In this document: positions 16,337-25,849 of the stretch, in pieces
Layout: each line of letters opens with the position of its first letter
Numbering within the stretch: position 1 is the first letter of the stretch
UHGV virus genome: UHGV-0117634
Direction: 5' to 3' (one strand)
Source of the DNA: a virus
Length of the DNA stretch: 64,000 nucleotides
Notes under the pieces: generated by a model
The model's input: only the letters and a program-made list of their open reading frames with translations
Databases searched by the model: none
What the model was told of the DNA's origin: nothing
Program-made: the position numbers and the translations under genes

Positions 16337-18478
16337 TTACATAGATTTTCTATCCTGAATCTCAGCAATTTTTGCATCGTTCATTCTGGAAGTGCCTTTA
16401 ATCTTAGTCCAGCCAAGATAACCACAAACACGGTTAATCACAGAGATATCGTGTGAGTTGCACTTAGTGCATAATTCAACATCTGCACTTGGACGGTGAC
16501 CACAATTTTCACAGATTGCTAAATCAAAGTTAACACCTTGATAGAAACCTTTACCCATACCTCTTGTCACACAAGCCCTGATAGCTTTATGGTTCTCTGG
16601 GTTAGCAATACGAACGTACTGGATATGACCACCATTACAAGAGTGGAAGAAAGGTTCTTCTAAGTCTTGCTTTTCAAACGGTGTAATGTCTGCACCAACA
16701 TTCATGTGGAAACTGTTTGTGAAGTATTCTTTATCAGAAACACCTTTAACAACTCCGAACATATTTCTAAACTGCTTCAATTGCGTACCACAAAGACTCT
16801 CAGCAGGTGTACCATAAAGTGCATACAGGAAGCCGTCTTCCTGCTTAAACTGCTCCAGCTTGCTATTCAGATAGCTTAAAACCTTGCTTGCAATATCACC
16901 ATCAGACTCATGCAATCTTCTACCTTGAGCAAGCACTGTTAATTCATCTAATGCAGTCACGCCAAAAGATGCTGTAAAAGACTTAACAGTATCCCAACCA
17001 ATCTTATCAGTTGGCTTCTTATGTCCTTTATACAATCCACCTTGTGTGAAAGCTAAAGGGTTAGAACTTGCTGGCATATTAGCAATCATCTCATATCGCT
17101 TCTTATGGAAGCTTCGAATCATTTCAAGGTATTTGTCAAGCTCTTTCCAGAAGTCTAAACCATTCTCTTCAGAGTATTTGTAAATCATCGGCAGATTAAG
17201 AGACACTGCACCGATGTTTGCTCTACCTGTGTAGAACTCTTTACCTTCCTCATCATAGTAAGGAGATAAGAAAGCCCTACAACCCATTGGAGAGATAACT
17301 GCACCTGAACGTTCAAAAGCTTCTGCAACAGAACCGTGACCAGACACACTTAAGAAGTCTGGATACATAGCTTTAGAGCAACACTCAATAGCTTTATCAT
17401 AAAGCTGCCCCTGCCAAGGGTCTAACATGTGTCTTGTTTCATCATAGATATAAACCAGTTTAGGGAACACAACAGGCTTCTTAGATTTACCTTGACCATT
17501 CATCCTAACATCTAGAATAGTCTTAGCAATCATAAATTGCAAACGGTTATCTCCACTAGCCATGTCTGGTTCAAGTAAACCAAATGTTAATGTTGTGAAT
17601 GCAAAGTCACCACGACTGCAAGGAACAGTGTTCAGTTTCATTTCCAGAGATTGGAATCCCTGAGTTAGTTCAATCTGAAGTTGCTCTTTAGCGTAGTGGT
17701 ATACTTCCTTGCTTGGAATATTGTATTGCTTTGCTTTTTCCAGATGATACTCAAAAGACTTCTTAGCATATGGCACAAGAACCTTGTCAATCTCTGGGAT
17801 AGTGAATCCACCAAACTGCTGTGCAGTTGCTGAGAGTACAACATCACCGATAACCTGTAAGGCTGATAGTACAGACTTAGGTTCACAGTATTCGATGCCG
17901 GACATTTCAAAACCACCTTCTAAGACACTCCCAATGTCAAATAAGCAGCAGTTAATACCACCGAAGATTAAGTCTCTTAAGTCATGGATATAAATGAATC
18001 CATCTTCAATAGCACTTGCTTCTTCTGGTGTCAAGTGATACTGCTTAAAGATTTCTTTTGTCAAATATCCACGGATGATTGAACCTTTTGTAGAGATTAA
18101 GCTGCTGTCAAAGTTAGCATTCTCACGGTCACCTAAGAAGAGTGTGTCTTTAGTTTTCTGGTAAAGTTCATCCCAATTCTGTGCAACCTCTTTACGATAG
18201 TTTCTGTAGGTTGAATATGACTCATAGATTTCATGGTTTACCTCTGCCAGAGTCCCTTCTACAATACTGTGAACATCATCTACAGAGATGAGCATAGCAT
18301 TCTGATTAGTTGCTCTGACAAGCAGTCTCATAAAGGCTGATTCAAGAGCATGGATAACTTCTAGTGGTAACTCTTTGTAGCCAACTCTATTAGCTGACTT
18401 GGTAACTGCTTCGACGATTTTATTTACGTTTGGCTTTTCCAGTGAACCGTCTTTCTTAATAATTTGTACTTTAACCAT
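16337..18478 (-). CDS. nrdD: anaerobic ribonucleoside-triphosphate reductase (class III)
   Basis: ATP-cone start (MVKVQIIKKDGSLEK), C-terminal glycyl-radical motif RVCGY and Cys-rich zinc site; start moved from 18568 to the Met with AGGAG RBS just downstream of a terminator. Confidence 0.85.
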   Translation of the reverse strand: MVKVQIIKKDGSLEKPNVNKIVEAVTKSANRVGYKELPLEVIHALESAFMRLLVRATNQNAMLISVDDVHSIVEGTLAEVNHEIYESYSTYRNYRKEVAQNWDELYQKTKDTLFLGDRENANFDSSLISTKGSIIRGYLTKEIFKQYHLTPEEASAIEDGFIYIHDLRDLIFGGINCCLFDIGSVLEGGFEMSGIEYCEPKSVLSALQVIGDVVLSATAQQFGGFTIPEIDKVLVPYAKKSFEYHLEKAKQYNIPSKEVYHYAKEQLQIELTQGFQSLEMKLNTVPCSRGDFAFTTLTFGLLEPDMASGDNRLQFMIAKTILDVRMNGQGKSKKPVVFPKLVYIYDETRHMLDPWQGQLYDKAIECCSKAMYPDFLSVSGHGSVAEAFERSGAVISPMGCRAFLSPYYDEEGKEFYTGRANIGAVSLNLPMIYKYSEENGLDFWKELDKYLEMIRSFHKKRYEMIANMPASSNPLAFTQGGLYKGHKKPTDKIGWDTVKSFTASFGVTALDELTVLAQGRRLHESDGDIASKVLSYLNSKLEQFKQEDGFLYALYGTPAESLCGTQLKQFRNMFGVVKGVSDKEYFTNSFHMNVGADITPFEKQDLEEPFFHSCNGGHIQYVRIANPENHKAIRACVTRGMGKGFYQGVNFDLAICENCGHRPSADVELCTKCNSHDISVINRVCGYLGWTKIKGTSRMNDAKIAEIQDRKSM

Positions 18479-18496
18479 TCTGACTCCTAATGCAAA

Positions 18497-18518
18497 AAAG
18501 GTCTCCGAAGAGACCCTT
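18497..18518 (-). terminator. rho-independent terminator upstream of nrdD
   Basis: Plus AAAAAAGGTCTCCGAAGAGACCCTT; stem GGTCTC/GAGACC, CGAA loop. Confidence 0.55.
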
Positions 18519-18527
18519 ATATTAATT

Positions 18528-18728
18528 CTACTTAGAAAACTTTTCAATAAGCTTTTTAAGCTTTCCACTCAAATCATGTTTGATATCTAATATCTCAAAG
18601 ATAACCCATACTAGCATAGCTCCAAAGAGAGCACCTTGTTTTAAATCAGTAAACAGGCTAGTAACCATGAATGCCAGAGCAATCATCGGAGCATCTTCAA
18701 CAAAACCATCCCATAAACGTTTAAGCAT
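18528..18728 (-). CDS. small membrane protein (66 aa, two predicted TM helices)
   Basis: Hydrophobic segments MIALAFMVTSLF and ALFGAMLVWVIF; GAGGTG RBS. Confidence 0.45.
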   Translation of the reverse strand: MLKRLWDGFVEDAPMIALAFMVTSLFTDLKQGALFGAMLVWVIFEILDIKHDLSGKLKKLIEKFSK

Positions 18729-18963
18729 TATTCACCTCTGCCATAAAGTTCTGTAGTGTTCCAACAGGTTTCATTTCATTGTCTTCAACCTTCATAATGA
18801 AAGGCATCTGACGAACAGGTATCTTTGCAATATCCATCAGGTCACTTAGCTCATAATCTTTCCCAAGCATTCTTACAACATGGTCTAAGCCACGAGCCTG
18901 AGCAAAGTTTTTAGCAGTCACACACTGTGGGCATCCATCTTTTGAGTAAATTACATAAGTCAT
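18721..18963 (-). CDS. nrdH: glutaredoxin-like protein NrdH
   Basis: CPQC redox motif near N-terminus, ~80 aa, next to nrdB. Confidence 0.7.
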   Translation of the reverse strand: MTYVIYSKDGCPQCVTAKNFAQARGLDHVVRMLGKDYELSDLMDIAKIPVRQMPFIMKVEDNEMKPVGTLQNFMAEVNNA

Positions 18964-20036
18964 TAAGGAACCTCTAAAAATCCTGAATTTAAATCATCAA
19001 CAACAGTATTCAAAAGATACGCACCATTTTGTTGTTCTTGGTTAGCGTTTTGCTCTTTATCAATTTCCATCTTCTTAATCATATATTTCAAAGGTGGTTC
19101 TTTAGGAGCTACGAAGTCTCTTGGAATACCAAACATATCATACAATGGAGCAGCATTGTAGTAAACCCATTCATGAAGAAGTTTTGTATTCAAGCCTACA
19201 ACAGCACGTCCTTCAGAGAAGATATAATAAGACCATTTCTCTTCACTTTCAACTACTTCATCCAGAATTACTTTAATCTCTGGGAGTACTTGACGGAAAG
19301 CTTCTTGCCACTCTTCATCTTTCAAAGTTTCTTTTAATGCTTCGATATCAATCTTTGTGTGAATGATTTCGTCAAGCATAATTTTCTGTACTGCTTGTGC
19401 AATCCCTTGGAATTTATCTTGTGCATCAAGTGCAAAGGTACATGCAAAGGATGCCATGAAGGAAATACCCTCAAGTGCTGTTACTGCAAAGAGACCTTTC
19501 AAGATTACTTTGTGGAAGTGTAAAGGGTCTTTCTCCATTAACTCTTGACGAACATAGTTTAAACGATAGTTAATACCTTCGTCAAGTAATTCTGCCAGTG
19601 CTCTGTTTACAGTCTTCAATCTGTCCTGAACAGCAGTGTTCTGGTTAATCTCATCAAGGATTGTTTCAGGGTTCTTGATACACTGACGAACAATCTCTGA
19701 ATAAGTTAGTGCATGAAGGTTCTCAATTTCTGATTGCTTCATGATAGCAGTTGCATAGATATCATCAGAGATGAATGGTGCAAATGCAAAAGCTAAACTC
19801 TTAGCAACCTGTGTATCTGCTTCCCATTGCCATTTCAGAATCTCAAGCATTACACCAGACATTGACTGAGGGACACTCTCAAAGTCTAAGCGTGATTGCT
19901 CAAATGGAAATTCCTCTTCAGACCAGTCTTGAGCTTTCTGCTGCTTATACAGTTCAAAGATTTTTGGATAGTGTTTATTAAGTGAATCAAAAGTCTTACG
20001 TTCTTCACCTAAGAAGATTGGATGTGAATTAATCAT
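18963..20036 (-). CDS. nrdB: ribonucleotide reductase class I small subunit
   Basis: Ferritin-like di-iron ligand pattern (e.g. LDEIIH), 357 aa, downstream of nrdA. Confidence 0.8.
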   Translation of the reverse strand: MINSHPIFLGEERKTFDSLNKHYPKIFELYKQQKAQDWSEEEFPFEQSRLDFESVPQSMSGVMLEILKWQWEADTQVAKSLAFAFAPFISDDIYATAIMKQSEIENLHALTYSEIVRQCIKNPETILDEINQNTAVQDRLKTVNRALAELLDEGINYRLNYVRQELMEKDPLHFHKVILKGLFAVTALEGISFMASFACTFALDAQDKFQGIAQAVQKIMLDEIIHTKIDIEALKETLKDEEWQEAFRQVLPEIKVILDEVVESEEKWSYYIFSEGRAVVGLNTKLLHEWVYYNAAPLYDMFGIPRDFVAPKEPPLKYMIKKMEIDKEQNANQEQQNGAYLLNTVVDDLNSGFLEVP

Positions 20037-20308
20037 TCTGGTAATTTTCCTGTTCTGAACATATCTCTCGCAGCTTGTCTTGTAAGGACTAGCCAGTTTT
20101 CCATATTAAATAACTCAGGTGCTCTAACATATTCTTTGCCGCCATTAAAGCAGTCAATATATCTCACACATTTCTTCCAAGAATCATCATCCTGCTTTAC
20201 CATTACCTCTGTACTGGCAACATAGTAAAGTGTATTTCTTGGCTTATACATCAGATAAACAGATTTACCTTCTGCTTTATTTCTTGCGGATTCTATTAAG
20301 TCTATCAT
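20033..20308 (-). CDS. hypothetical protein inserted between nrdA and nrdB (~91 aa)
   Basis: ORF-track ORF trimmed to internal Met with GGAGAG RBS and TAACTTT leader; longer version would overlap nrdA. Confidence 0.4.
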   Translation of the reverse strand: MIDLIESARNKAEGKSVYLMYKPRNTLYYVASTEVMVKQDDDSWKKCVRYIDCFNGGKEYVRAPELFNMENWLVLTRQAARDMFRTGKLPE

Positions 20309-20363
20309 AGACTCTCCAAAGTTAATTTTAGAGGGTCTTTTACGACCCTCATAGTTATTGAAA

Positions 20364-22598
20364 CTAAACACCACAACCTTCGCAGTAAGCATCTTGAAGT
20401 GCTGATTTACCAACACCAATACGACTGTTTAGGTAGTACATGGTTTTCATACCTACAGAGTTTGCATAAATCATGTACTTCAAAGCTTGCTCTAATGATA
20501 CCTTCTTAGACTTCGAGTAGTCAACATAGAAATCTGAAGAGATAGCTTGACCAGTGAATTTTTGAACAATTGCATAGCAATCAATCATATCAAATGTGTC
20601 AATATCCCAAGCAATTTCATAGACATACTTCAACTCTTCGTAGTCTGGTACGATAAACAGTACGTTACCAGTGGCAGACTTTTTAGTTAAAATAAAGTCA
20701 CGGATTGGGTACAAGCCATTTGTCGTATTAGTTGCTAGTGAAGAACTCTCGTTAGGCATGTAAGCTTCTAATACAGAGTTTCGGATTCCACCATTTTCTT
20801 TGATACGTTGTGCTAAGTCATCCCAATCATATCTTAGTTTTGCATCATGTTTTTCATCAATCTTCTTGTTAGCTGTCTTAGTTGGAACCCAACCATCAGG
20901 GTACTTAGTAAACTTCATGTACTCAGGCACACCACGCTCTTTAGACAGTCTCAGTGAAGCCTCATGCAGATAGAATGAGTGCATCTCTGCAAGTTCATGT
21001 AGCTTCGTTTTACCAGCCCTTGAAGAGTAGTTCACGTAGTTCTTTGCAAGGTAATGAGCCACATTTGTAAGGCCAATCCCAACAGAGCGACGTTTCTGTA
21101 CATGGTTACGCATCGACGGATACGGGTAGTCCATGAGGTCAATAACGGAGTCAACCATTGCAAGAGCATAATAAGCAACGTCAGCGTATTCATCTTCTGA
21201 AATTCTCCCTGCAACCAAACTAGCTAGGAAGCAAAGAGCTACTTCACCATCTTCTTTAGCAGCATTGTAGCTGTAAAGGTCTGTCTCTTTCTCAAATCCA
21301 TAAACTGGCAATATAATTTCCATGCACAGGTTAGACATTTTCAAAGGTTCTTTGAACGGCGTATGTGTGTTTGCGTTGTTCGTAAAGAACGGATAAACAC
21401 GACCAGTTGCATAACGTTGCTGGATAAACAACTTAGCAATCTCACGAGCTTTTACTCGCTTATGTTTAACACCAGTGTGAACCGCATGTCCAACAGCCAT
21501 TGCAAACTCATCTGCACTTGCTGTGTAGAACATATCATACAATTTTGGAGCGTCCTTGTAAGAGAATAGTAGCCAATCTGTATCGTACTGCACACATTGC
21601 CAGAAGTAATCGTTTGTTCCAAATGAGTAATCCATCTCATTAATACGCTTTGAAGTAACCGTTGTAGGGTGCTTCAGACGAAGTAAATCTTCAATCTGAG
21701 GGTCAAGAGCAGTGTAGAAGTTGTTCGCTGAACCACCACGACTCTTCTGCTTATTAGCCTCTACAGCAGCACGTACCAGCTTATAATAAGGGAGTTTTCC
21801 CATATGCTCAATAGTGTTTTGTCGGATACCGTCACCAATTGTTCTGGTCTCCATCAGCATACCAATACCTGCTTGCTTAGTGGTCATGTCATAAGCTACT
21901 TTTGTAGCAATGCCAAGAGATTCAGCAGTATCATTTGCTTTAATTAGGCAGCATGAAGCGTAGCCAGATTTTGTAGCTCTCAGACCATTCAGATACGGTG
22001 TAGGAGCATTAATCTTCAGGTCAGATAGATATGTGTAGAGCTTAATAACATCATCTAAACGCCGCTGTTTAGGCTGTCTTTCAAAGGCTTTCATAGCCAT
22101 ACCCATGAACATAAACTGTGGAGACTCAAACAGCTTACCACTTTTAATGTCACGGATTCCATACTTATCACGGAACTGCTTCAGCACTGCATACCCATAA
22201 GAGATATCTTTCGAATGTACGATGTGACCTTGTAAGTAGTCAATCTCTTCAGGTGTGTAATCCATGTGTTCCCAAAGTCCCATCTGCTCCATCTTCATCA
22301 CAAATGGAAGTAACTGAGGAACCTTTGTAAATCCACCAAAAGCTTCTTTGTAGATAATGCCAAGAAGTAGTCTCCCAGCCATATCAGAGTACTCTTGAGT
22401 TTGTTTATCAATACAAACGTCAATCATAGCTTGGTGCATTTCTTTTGTTGTACAACCTTCATAGACACGCTTCATAGCTTCCATTACAACTTCTGACCAG
22501 ATAATTCCTCTCTTGTCAGCCCATGAAGCCCATTTATTTAAACGTTCTGGTTCGAATGGTACGATTGTACCGTCTGATTTGCGAATAGTAGTAATCAT
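20364..22598 (-). CDS. nrdA: ribonucleotide reductase class I large subunit
   Basis: N-terminal ATP-cone (MITTIRKSDGTIVPFEPERL), 744 aa, C-terminal Cys pair (CEGCGV). Confidence 0.85.
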   Translation of the reverse strand: MITTIRKSDGTIVPFEPERLNKWASWADKRGIIWSEVVMEAMKRVYEGCTTKEMHQAMIDVCIDKQTQEYSDMAGRLLLGIIYKEAFGGFTKVPQLLPFVMKMEQMGLWEHMDYTPEEIDYLQGHIVHSKDISYGYAVLKQFRDKYGIRDIKSGKLFESPQFMFMGMAMKAFERQPKQRRLDDVIKLYTYLSDLKINAPTPYLNGLRATKSGYASCCLIKANDTAESLGIATKVAYDMTTKQAGIGMLMETRTIGDGIRQNTIEHMGKLPYYKLVRAAVEANKQKSRGGSANNFYTALDPQIEDLLRLKHPTTVTSKRINEMDYSFGTNDYFWQCVQYDTDWLLFSYKDAPKLYDMFYTASADEFAMAVGHAVHTGVKHKRVKAREIAKLFIQQRYATGRVYPFFTNNANTHTPFKEPLKMSNLCMEIILPVYGFEKETDLYSYNAAKEDGEVALCFLASLVAGRISEDEYADVAYYALAMVDSVIDLMDYPYPSMRNHVQKRRSVGIGLTNVAHYLAKNYVNYSSRAGKTKLHELAEMHSFYLHEASLRLSKERGVPEYMKFTKYPDGWVPTKTANKKIDEKHDAKLRYDWDDLAQRIKENGGIRNSVLEAYMPNESSSLATNTTNGLYPIRDFILTKKSATGNVLFIVPDYEELKYVYEIAWDIDTFDMIDCYAIVQKFTGQAISSDFYVDYSKSKKVSLEQALKYMIYANSVGMKTMYYLNSRIGVGKSALQDAYCEGCGV

Positions 22599-22610
22599 TA
22601 TATTAAATCC

Positions 22611-22634
22611 TACAGGTGAAAAAGGGTCTCCGAA
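22611..22634 (-). terminator. rho-independent terminator upstream of nrdA
   Basis: Plus AAAAGGGTCTCCGAAGAGACCCCTT; stem GGGTCTC/GAGACCC, CGAA loop, T-run on minus. Confidence 0.6.
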
Positions 22635-22649
22635 GAGACCCCTTAGAGA

Positions 22650-22985
22650 TTAAATGCTAAAAATCTTTTTACTTTCCCAGAGTTCAATGAACTTCTGTGA
22701 CACTTTTGTTAGTGAACCTTTAGACATTGTATTCATATACCAGTAACGTTTACCTTCATCGAATGCCATGTCAAGTTTCTCACTAATATCTTCTTCAAGT
22801 CTTGCAATTGAAAAGTTACCACGTACTTTGCAGACAACTCGTCCAAATTTGATATCGCTGCGGCCTTTGCAATCTTCAGTGTACATTACAAAGTCACCAT
22901 GATGTAATGTCTCACCAAACTTATCATTGCCTAGTTCTTCACCAGCTTTGATTTCTTCTTTAGTTAACTTTTTAATTTTAGACAT
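22650..22985 (-). CDS. hypothetical protein (111 aa)
   Basis: ORF-track ORF. Confidence 0.4.
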   Translation of the reverse strand: MSKIKKLTKEEIKAGEELGNDKFGETLHHGDFVMYTEDCKGRSDIKFGRVVCKVRGNFSIARLEEDISEKLDMAFDEGKRYWYMNTMSKGSLTKVSQKFIELWESKKIFSI

Positions 22986-23304
22986 GGTATCTATCCAAGT
23001 TTCGTTTCAAGTAAATCCACTGGTCATCTGTGCGCTCTACACCCATGAACAGGGGGGCTACAACAACTTTACCAAAAGTATTTCTGTGCTGGCAAATCTC
23101 GTAAGAGTACGGTTTATCAATATTTAAGCCATACTTATACAACACTGCTGCTAATACTTGTTCATTATCCAGAATCGTTTCTGGCTTCTCTCCGTACTTG
23201 TCTAACAGTGAATCATTCATAAACACTGTCATAGAGAGGTTGTAGTTGGAGAAGTGGCTTTTTGCCACCACTTCTTCACCTTTATTAATGTTCTGTGAAT
23301 CCAT
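22978..23304 (-). CDS. hypothetical protein (108 aa)
   Basis: ORF-track ORF. Confidence 0.4.
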   Translation of the reverse strand: MDSQNINKGEEVVAKSHFSNYNLSMTVFMNDSLLDKYGEKPETILDNEQVLAAVLYKYGLNIDKPYSYEICQHRNTFGKVVVAPLFMGVERTDDQWIYLKRNLDRYHV

Positions 23305-24040
23305 TATAACCGACTCCTTTCAACCACTGCTTGAGGTTGATTGCATCATAATTCAATTTCGGATATGAGGTTACATGGAACTTCTCACCATCATAGTACA
23401 CAATATCCGCAAGCCATAATCCATTCTCACGGCAGAAATCTTTATCTGCTTTTGAAGAGATTGGTTCAACTTTAGAAAAGTTTTTAATGCCAAGACTACC
23501 AAGACTTCCAATCAGTCCTTGGCAGATAACGCATGTGTCAGATGTTACCACAAATAATTCTTTTGCGTCAACTTCTGCAACAAAACTTTCAAGTTGAACT
23601 TTTGGAAGATTAGACTGTTTCATAACCTTACCATCAGACTTGCGAATAATTGCAAACCACTCTTTGCCTTCGATGATTGATTGGCGCAGGTAGCATTCAT
23701 CACCAGTACGTTTCTCAATATCAAACATTCGCTGTACAGCTTCTTGATAGTCATCTGTGTATTTGAGGTTGTTGTTTTCACAAACAGCCTTGATAGCACC
23801 ATCATGGTCATGCTGTGTTAGGAAAATTAAACCGTCAAGTACATACTGCAAATCAGCTTGAGCATCAAGAGTTTCAATGGGGTCTTTGGCTTCTACTGCT
23901 GCGACTAACTCTCTAGCTTCTTCAAGCATGCACAGAGATTGACTTTTCAGTGATTCCCAATACTCTGTGCTGTATGGCTCTTTTGGGTTATTGCCACAAC
24001 GTAGATTCCAATTTCTTACGGATTCTCTGGAATTAAACAT
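23285..24040 (-). CDS. hypothetical protein; N-terminal region weakly MazG-like (all-alpha NTP pyrophosphohydrolase)
   Basis: EEARELV...ETLDAQADLQYVLDG fits the ExxE...ExxD spacing of MazG/HisE-type pyrophosphatases; tentative. Confidence 0.3.
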   Translation of the reverse strand: MFNSRESVRNWNLRCGNNPKEPYSTEYWESLKSQSLCMLEEARELVAAVEAKDPIETLDAQADLQYVLDGLIFLTQHDHDGAIKAVCENNNLKYTDDYQEAVQRMFDIEKRTGDECYLRQSIIEGKEWFAIIRKSDGKVMKQSNLPKVQLESFVAEVDAKELFVVTSDTCVICQGLIGSLGSLGIKNFSKVEPISSKADKDFCRENGLWLADIVYYDGEKFHVTSYPKLNYDAINLKQWLKGVGYNGFTEH

Positions 24041-24270
24041 TAAGCCTCCTTATCTTCAAACAACTTTTGTTGAGACTCAATATATTCCATTCGTTCTTTG
24101 AGTTCAACACGTTTGCTTAACAGATGTTGAATTTGTGATTCCAGAGCATCCATCTCAGCTTCTGTAGCTGACTTAGCTTTACTGATAGTTTCCTTCAGTG
24201 CTGCTACGCCACTCTGGATTTTAGAAACATGGTCATTTTTGATTTTATTAAACATTTTAAACTCTCTCAT
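24040..24270 (-). CDS. small coiled-coil protein (76 aa)
   Basis: Heptad-like charged sequence. Confidence 0.4.
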   Translation of the reverse strand: MREFKMFNKIKNDHVSKIQSGVAALKETISKAKSATEAEMDALESQIQHLLSKRVELKERMEYIESQQKLFEDKEA

Positions 24271-24757
24271 TAAGTTTCATGATTTTAGTGATTCTCTTCT
24301 CAGCTTCATCATAAGTCTCTTTTGTAAGAAACTTGATTGCTGCAATGTTTGCATTGTAGAAGAGTCGAAGCTTAGAGTCAATCCTTTTTGTCATGACGTC
24401 AAACTTATGCTGTAGGTTAGCTTCGCCATAAACTAAGCCACCTCGCGTATAGTAAGTCTGGATGATGTAGAAGTCAAACTCTTTTTCACCAAAAGATTCA
24501 ATATCCTTCTTAATGTATTCAGAAGATGTTTGATAAGTCATCCAATCACTTTCTTTTGTCACGACTTTACGTCTGGTCTTTCCAGCAACCTTTCTCTTAG
24601 TGACATTATTAAATTGTTTCTTTCCAATATAATATTGCCCAGTTTTCTTACAGTATACTAAATAGACAAAACCAAAATAGTTAGCGGGGTCAATTTCCCC
24701 GCACAGTGAAATCCAATGTCCATAAACAGGGCAATTTCCAAATCCTTTAATCTTCAT
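24257..24757 (-). CDS. GIY-YIG domain protein (candidate homing endonuclease)
   Basis: FGFVYLVYCKKTGQYYIGKK matches the GIY-(x10)-YIG signature; basic linker follows. Confidence 0.45.
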   Translation of the reverse strand: MKIKGFGNCPVYGHWISLCGEIDPANYFGFVYLVYCKKTGQYYIGKKQFNNVTKRKVAGKTRRKVVTKESDWMTYQTSSEYIKKDIESFGEKEFDFYIIQTYYTRGGLVYGEANLQHKFDVMTKRIDSKLRLFYNANIAAIKFLTKETYDEAEKRITKIMKLNERV

Positions 24758-25814
24758 TCATAACTGGCTCCCAATTGTATTTTTTAAACGTAAAATCATC
24801 TTTAGGATTTCGTTCTTGATAAGCAATCCAGAAGTGCTGCTCCATTAGTTCTAGTGGAGTTCTTGTCACAATCTGACCATCCCACGATTCATAAGTATAT
24901 GACTCTTTCTTAGCATAAAGTTCATAGATTGCGTCTAAGCACTCTTTGTAGGTAGTTTTACCTTCCAGTGCATTCATCACTGCAACCTTACCAGCACCTT
25001 TTAAACCGAAGTAGTTATCTGCATTATCACCTGCTACAGCTTGATAGCAGAGGAATTTAAAACCTACTCCAACTGTCTTCTTAGCTTTCGGTTTAGATTT
25101 GATAGGGCAATCCCAAATCTCACCAACGTTATTATCTGCAATGAAAATTAATGGAGCTTTCTCATAAGTCATATCAATACAGTAAGTTCCTTCAGCTTGA
25201 CGAAGGTCTTTATCAATACTCATCAGAGCAGCTTTTTTACCCATCTTCTCAGCTTTTGCAATAACGATAGAGTCTGCTTCGAAGCCCCCCTTTAGGAGCT
25301 TAAACTCTGGTCGTGACAGAAGATACTCACGACAAGCAACTAGGTGTGTAGGTGTTACAGCTTCTTTTCTGTTACCTTGGTATTGGTGTTCAAGACCTTT
25401 GATATCCTTGTGTTTGTGAACACCTTTCTCAGTAAGGTAACCCATCCATTTGCGTTCTTTACCAACGACTTTCAACCACTCCTGAAGAACTTGCTGTGTA
25501 GCCATAATTGCTTCAGCTTCACTCTTAGCCTCCTTCCAAGTCTGTCTTTCCCATTCATCTTCATCAAAGTCAAGTCCTAACTCTTCAGTTAAAACTCTTT
25601 GGTCAGACAGCCATTGTGCTGCCAGTTTTGCACTATCAAAAGCGTCGGATTCTTCAGCAGTGATTTTATTCACATACTTGTACTTTGCTTTTTCAACTAC
25701 ACAAGCACCTTTGTAAGCAATGCTATCAGAGTCAATAAAGACGTGTGTAACGCTCTCTGGGAGCTTTGTTAAGGTGTATTGTTCCATTGTACTCTCCATA
25801 CGAAAAAGCCCCAT
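24747..25814 (-). CDS. 5'-3' exonuclease, T7 gp6-like
   Basis: Segments ALMSIDKDL, GDNADNYFGLKGAG, EIWDC align with T7 gene 6 exonuclease as recalled. Confidence 0.6.
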   Translation of the reverse strand: MGLFRMESTMEQYTLTKLPESVTHVFIDSDSIAYKGACVVEKAKYKYVNKITAEESDAFDSAKLAAQWLSDQRVLTEELGLDFDEDEWERQTWKEAKSEAEAIMATQQVLQEWLKVVGKERKWMGYLTEKGVHKHKDIKGLEHQYQGNRKEAVTPTHLVACREYLLSRPEFKLLKGGFEADSIVIAKAEKMGKKAALMSIDKDLRQAEGTYCIDMTYEKAPLIFIADNNVGEIWDCPIKSKPKAKKTVGVGFKFLCYQAVAGDNADNYFGLKGAGKVAVMNALEGKTTYKECLDAIYELYAKKESYTYESWDGQIVTRTPLELMEQHFWIAYQERNPKDDFTFKKYNWEPVMNED

Positions 25815-25831
25815 ACGTCTGTACAGGGCTT
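25804..25831 (-). terminator. terminator-like hairpin after SSB-like gene
   Basis: Plus AAAAGCCCCATACGTCTGTACAGGGCTTT; stem with longer loop, T-run on minus strand. Confidence 0.4.
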
Positions 25832-25849
25832 TGTAGTAGTTACTGACTA

